DNA of 64,000 bases, taken from the NCBI GenBank assembly GCA_963693365.1, contig CAVNZM010000005.1:9528334-9592333 (forward strand), written 5' to 3'. Source of the DNA: Amoebidium appalachense (taxonomy: Eukaryota; Protista; Ichthyosporea). Within the stretch, counting starts at the first letter, position 1. The number at the start of each line of letters is the position of its first letter. Positions 54,895 to 64,000 of the stretch are shown here, piece by piece. A program made the translations under genes and the position numbers. The notes under the pieces are model-generated. The model saw only the letters and a list, made by a program, of their open reading frames with translations, had not been told where the DNA came from and searched no databases.

Positions 54895-55116
54895 TCCGCG
54901 TCAAGTGGCTTTTTTCGGATTTCAGGTGGCTGTTTTACTGCCAAGTGGCATTGTAATTTTAACCCCTGCGCAGCAAGCCGGTTCGGTAATAAAAAATCTG
55001 AGATGATGCATATGCAAGCGCTTATCAGTATATTCTTATGCAAGGAAAACACTTCGAGAACAAGAAATAGTGCAGCTCCGGTTAGCAGAGGCTGATATAT
55101 TGCCACTTGACGCGGA
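54895..55116. repeat. 222-bp segment bounded by perfect 15-bp inverted repeats (possible MITE)
   Basis: TCCGCGTCAAGTGGC (54895-54909) / GCCACTTGACGCGGA (55102-55116). No TSD found. Confidence 0.5.
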
Positions 55117-55578
55117 AATAAGGGTTTTCTGGGAACCCTCTACTATCAAGACTGTTTGACTTCTCCGTGGACCGTGTTGAATTTTTTTTTTACTTTCTTA
55201 TTGGCTGCGTAGGTGCCGGTATGTGATTGGCTACTTGAACAGGATGGTGTTCTTCAAAACTTGCGAATGAAGCCACTTTCTCAAAACTTGTCAATTTTCA
55301 TTTACACACCAGTACCGTCGATTCTAGAAATTTTTGAAAAATGAAGTCTAATATAGAGAGATCTGTTACCACTGAGTTACCATGCCGGCAAGCTTTTTCA
55401 GGGGGTCTGTGTTTTGGGAATCCATTTCACGGTGTATTGTAAAATTTTTTTTAGGTGGAATATACAACACTATCCAGTATGCAGCTCTCGCTCGCATGGA
55501 GTGAGCTAGCTCATATACATTACATGTATATACATGCATAAATAAGACTTACGATTGTAAGTTATATAGTATACATAT

Positions 55579-55631
<53 letters not shown>

Positions 55632-56492
55632 TGAGCCCCAGCCAAAAGAACTAAAGATTTTAGAGCATTTTCCTTTTGCCTATTATACTTAGCTTAATTG
55701 GTGGAATAAGGTCGGCAAGTCAACAAAAGAAGAATAAAAGAGAATGAATGGAGCCCGCACGAGGCTCAAGACAGAGACTCAATCGAAAAGAATAAAGGAA
55801 TAGAGAATGAATAAAATGAAAAAATCTCAGACAAAGAGGTATCGGGGGAGTCACAACGATTCTGTCAGGGGAAGGAAATCTCAGCCAATCAAACGCCTGT
55901 CAGGCACCATTTAATGCCTTCATTAGCGCCAAAAGCCGCTTATTCAAATAAACGTTTTTAAACGAATAAAAACACACAAAAATACTTTAAAACTTTCTAT
56001 TTTTTAATATCGCACTGATTTATTTTTTGGTATTTCTGATATCACTGACTCACTTCCGCCTCGCCGACTCCATCCTCATCGCGCCGCGCCGACGATTTGT
56101 TTTTTCTTGACATACCAGTTGAATCACGCGCCGAGTCCAAAATGCACCACCTTCTTTTTGTTGGACCACCTTCTTTTTGCTGGGCTAACCTTTTGTGTAT
56201 GTAATTTGAAACCTACAATGACACTCACATAAGCTACCTTTGAAACCCGTCACGAAATATATAATATCAGCTTGTTTGGCATGCTAAAGCATCTACCTCA
56301 TTCCCTTAGAATTGGATATTTACGAAACTGTTCAGTTCAATTACACAACACCCTCACCTTTCCTAACTTGTGCCTCATGTCTTTTTTTGGTTTTTCTTGG
56401 GTCCCTATCTTGAAGAACCGTTCACGACCAACCTCCGTCTCCTATTTGAAAAACACCCAGGGGCCTTTGTCGCCCCATAAATCTTAAAAGAA

Positions 56493-57813
56493 ATGACACA
56501 TCGCAAACACTTCACTTGCAAGCTCTGCCTTCACTGCACGCCAAACATGCGTTTCAACATAGAGCGTCACGTATGGACACAACACATACGCACGCGGTTT
56601 GGAATGGACAATGAGCCTTATGCAGCGCGCGTACACAAGTACCACGTTAGCGAGTTTGTTATTCCTTACACAGAGAGGCACGGTAGGCGCGCGTCTTACC
56701 CTACACTAGCTCCGTTTAGCTCCCTCGCACCAATCATCGGCGGGCAGAGCCCAAGTGGGTCATCTTTTACCCCCGAGCCCCAGGGCTACAACTCAGCAAG
56801 GAGGAAAGTTGACATCAACGAAATAATACCTTCAGGAGCTAGAAGACACTCTATCGTCTCAATGCAGGTAAGTGTGTGTTTGTAGCTGTTGATGGTCTCT
56901 CATGTTCCCATCCCACAGCTGGACCGAAGTACATAGTCTGGTTTATGTCAAAATTTCGGGTTTTCGCACGTGTGTTCGAATAACATAATTACTGTAGTTG
57001 CTGTGGTGCTTCTCACATTCCACCCCCATCTCACAGGAATACGACGGAAACAACGATTCACTTGAGCCCCCTCCACCCCGAAACCGTTCTTTGTCCCTCG
57101 ACTACACTGCATATGGATACGAGCAACAACAAGACAGGCCCCCCCGGCCCCTATACGTTCCCCAGGCAGCTCCCCTCCACGAAACCCCACACTACCCACA
57201 TCACCCACCTAATCAGCAAACACCACATCACTACAACTCTACCCCATGTTCCCCAGGCCTACGCCCATCCATTCGTGAGCAGAGAAGGGCTTCTCTTAAC
57301 CCCAGCGACCTTCATTCCATGCACCATCACACATACACTAGCATCCGTGACCAACGGCGTGCATCCCTTAATCCAAGCGATTTAGCATCTACACAAGCAG
57401 CATTTGCGTTTTCTTTTGCCAGCAGGCAGGGTTCGCGTGATTGCCTGCAAGAGGATGTCGATATGACAGAACATGAAGCCGAGCCGCAAAGGAGGTCAAG
57501 CGCTGTTAGCTATTCATCGAACGAATTTCCTTTGATGGAAACACAACCAGAGGAGGGGGTATACAACAGGGTAAGCACTACGTCTCTACTCTCTCAATCA
57601 TCAGTTGGCTCGCCTTCTTTTGGGGAATTTGCGGCGTTGCGCACGGGCCGGGCCGGGCCGCAAGTACCCGAAAGGTTTGCCTGGGGTCCGGTTGATGTGC
57701 AGCTTCACCCCCCCGAAGAGCAATACACTAGGCCCACACAGGCAAAGGAGCCGGCCCCCGCACAGCAAACAGTGACGGTCGGGGGGGAGGAGGACATGTG
57801 GAGGCCATGGTGA
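56493..57813 (+). CDS. C2H2-type zinc-finger protein (putative transcription factor), 2 exons, about 383 aa
   Basis: Exons 56493-56867 (CAG|GTAAGT) and 57037-57813 (CTCACAG|), phase 0. N-terminal FTCKLC-x13-HVWTQH. The remainder is Pro/Ser/His-rich with repeated RRxS. An additional upstream exon cannot be excluded. Confidence 0.8.
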
Positions 57814-57837
57814 CGAGATTCTATACCGTGAACTTAA

Positions 57838-57878
<41 letters not shown>

Positions 57879-58070
57879 GTTTGGGTATTTACTGCCATAC
57901 CAGATGGGTCAAACGAGCTATGTGTAACTCTTGGAGCAATGCTGCCGGTTTTTTAACGGTGGTGGCTGCTTGTCCGAACGGGACATCTGCACATAGGTTG
58001 GTATAAATTTTGTTTTACTGCACTTAAATATATACGGGCACATCAGATGTGTTTCTCGACACATCCAGTT

Positions 58071-58525
58071 TTACTCGCATAAATACGAACCTCGAAAGCG
58101 GGCCCTACGTATCGTGAGAGGGTTAACTGAAAGAATACTGTCCTCTCCCGTCCGTCCCACGGAAGTTTTCTCCCCCAAGTTTAATCCACGTAGTACTGCC
58201 CTAATATAGTTTCCTAATTTCTTCGAAGCAAATATGATATACGCATGTAAGCTGAGAGTGAATTTATTGGTTTTTCTCCATCCGCGGTGTAAATGATCGC
58301 AAATCGTCGCTCCTTCTATATGTCCAAGCTGTAGGAGGTGGTGCCTCCAATATATATAATCTACTACCACATCTTCCTCTAAACCCAATGACTTTTTGCT
58401 AGCGTATGTACGTGCACAGTTAACGATCACAGACCGTACAACTCGAGCACCTTTGTCTCTCTCCTGACATAGTTTCTTCCAAAGTTTCTACGCTTCATTG
58501 CAAACCCGTGATATATTTCCATGGT
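58071..58525 (-). pseudogene. Possible decayed coding fragment with weak F-box-like end motif
   Basis: Frame reads ISRVCNEA*KLWKKLCQER... then continues into the 119-aa ORF. One in-frame stop; the similarity is by eye only. Confidence 0.2.
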
Positions 58526-58718
58526 TGGTTTAATTAAGGCTCAGCTCTAGCGATCGAGGTGTACTACAATAAACACCGATTGCATATGTGATGGAGGAGC
58601 ATACAGGGTGGGGCAAGTCAGTCGGGGGACACGTGTAGACGTGTGTGCATGTGAGTTTTCGAGAGTGCATGTGAGATGTGCTTGTCTGTTGTGTGTACAC
58701 CACGGTGTTTTTGCACAG

Positions 58719-58860
58719 TGCCTGTTCTTTTGTGTACAATTACTCTGTGCTTGTGCTTTTGGTGTACAATTACTCTTGTGCCTGTGCTTTTGTGTGCTAT
58801 TATTACTCTGTGCCTGTGCTTTTGTGTGCAATTACTCTGTGCCTGTGCTTTTGTGTGCGA
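58719..58860. repeat. ~29-bp minisatellite, about 5 units
   Basis: Units of TGCCTGTGCTTTTGTGTRCAATTACTCTG. Confidence 0.85.
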
Positions 58861-59628
58861 ATACACACAGTGTGTGTATGCTGCTCTATGCATTGAATAT
58901 GTGTGCATGCAAATCAGTTGATAGCCAGCGTTCATTTGTGTGTGTGTGTGTGTGTGTGCGTGAACCCACACTGCCGCGCTTGTACGAGCACACTTGCTAA
59001 ACATTGGAAAATTTTCACGTTTTTCTTGAGTGTCCCCCGGAGAGTGTACACACTTGAGGTGAGGAGGCTAAGACATGGCCTCCTATTTACTAACTCAAGA
59101 GGCCTTCGGCTAAGATCAGTTATGTGGCAGCCTCTGCTTGGCAGTTAGCCATAATGCTCTTTCCGAAACAAATAACACCTCAGGAACAGAACCACCAGGC
59201 CGGTTTCATTCTTGACCAAGCTTAAAACGGAAACGAGATTTCGCTTGTTCTCGTTTATGTCCAAAACTTAAGTCGTTGCAATTGTAGATGTAACACCGTC
59301 AGTTGTGAATGGTCAATTTGCGTCGTGTGCGTTTGCGTGCGTGCGCGCGCGCGCGCGTGTGTGTACGTACGTGTGCGTGCGTGCGTGCGTGCGTGCGTGT
59401 GTGTGTGCGCGTGTGTGTGTGTACACGTATGTTTGTGCGTGTGTGTGTGTGTGTGTGTGCCAGTGTGCGTGTGTTTGTGTGTGCGTGTGTGTGTGCGTGT
59501 GTGGACGTGTATGTGTGTGTGTGTGTATGTTGCGAGACTCAGTGCTTGCAAGTGTACCTGTGCAATGTCTGCTTGCCTCCATCTAACCTTCATCCAACCC
59601 AGGCATGTCTGCATGTGCATGATCATCA

Positions 59629-59674
<46 letters not shown>

Positions 59675-59939
59675 CTGTACATGGGATGCTGTGCGCGCAT
59701 GTGCGTAGGGTGTTCGTGTGTGTGTGTGTGTGTGTGTATGTGCGTGTGTTTCCGTGTACATCTGTGTGTGTGCGTTTGTGCGCTCATGTCTATATTCAAA
59801 GTTTTGGCTTTACTAAATTAGAACGCCTTGGTTCGGAAAAGACGGACGCAGGCCTGCACAGCTAACAGCTGGCCTGCACATGGAAAAGCGTACGTAGCCT
59901 AAGCACGGCCACGGCCATCTTGAGTTTATGGCCGTGAGT

Positions 59940-60027
59940 CAAGGCCTCCTATATACTAACAAGGCCTCCTATATACTAACAAGGCCTCCTATAAACTAGC
60001 TGTTAGTATATATTGTAGGAGGCCTTG
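59940..60027. mobile_element. 88-bp palindromic hAT-type micro-MITE
   Basis: TIRs CAAGGCCTCCTA / TAGGAGGCCTTG. 8-bp TSD CCGTGAGT / CCGTGAGC (7/8). The left 20-mer is tandemly triplicated. Confidence 0.7.
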
Positions 60028-60376
60028 CCGTGAGCATGGCCCTGTGTTCAGAGGCCTGTGAGCCTAAGCTGCGTGATGACGTAATGGCAGGTCTCCGATT
60101 GGATGAAGTTCCCGCCAAGAAGTGTTTGCGCAATCACAAATGCCCACGTGCATACGCCCTTACTTTCAAGTTCAAACTCTCTGAGTTTTTTGAGTCAACT
60201 GAAACATAGAGGCCTTGGTAATCTCAACTACTAGTTTCCCTTCCTTTTGTCCTACATTCAACTACTTTTTTCATTCCTTTTCCTACTTGCAGCTTAATGT
60301 TTCATTTTCATTAGGCTAGGCACAGGTCCTATGGTTCCCTCCACCAGCCCCGGGCCTTCCACGCTGCCAAGGAAAC

Positions 60377-64000
<3,624 letters not shown>

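Overview
This is eukaryotic genomic DNA with spliceosomal introns. A unicellular opisthokont/holozoan origin is plausible but cannot be established from the sequence. The window is saturated with poly-G/poly-C runs and (CA)n/(GT)n/(GA)n microsatellites, which generate almost all the ORFs in the supplied track. I assembled exons by hand using GT-AG rules and reading-frame phase. Supported genes: ARP2 (minus, 9 exons, last exon outside the window); an intronless TATA-preceded orphan ORF; tRNA-Cys(GCA); GEMIN2 (minus, 6 coding exons); a divergently transcribed ~1050-aa RGS + C1-domain protein with a frame break in exon 1; a 2-exon C2H2 zinc-finger protein rich in RRxS sites; and the 5' part of an IGHMBP2/Hcs1-like helicase with a probable GC-AG intron. 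Mobile DNA: a 3.2-kb hAT-type element (14-bp TIRs, 8-bp TSD) enclosing an uninterrupted but 5'-truncated non-LTR reverse transcriptase ORF, and several MITEs with 3-, 6- and 8-bp TSDs. Most notable is an intronic, structured, non-coding repeat family with more than a dozen pieces in the window. Most recognisable copies share a 3' end running into oligo(C), sit in G/C runs and are 5'-truncated, and two copies are identical over 364 bp. This is consistent with a retro-element that targets poly-G/poly-C tracts. Intron architecture is also unusual: (CA)n or C-runs often replace U-rich polypyrimidine tracts, some introns are (GT)n...(CA)n fold-backs, and introns carry decayed echoes of neighbouring exons. 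Domain calls come from motif recognition, not database searches. Homopolymer lengths may be assembly artefacts. I found no identifiable gene in about 12.5-21 kb or 45-50 kb.
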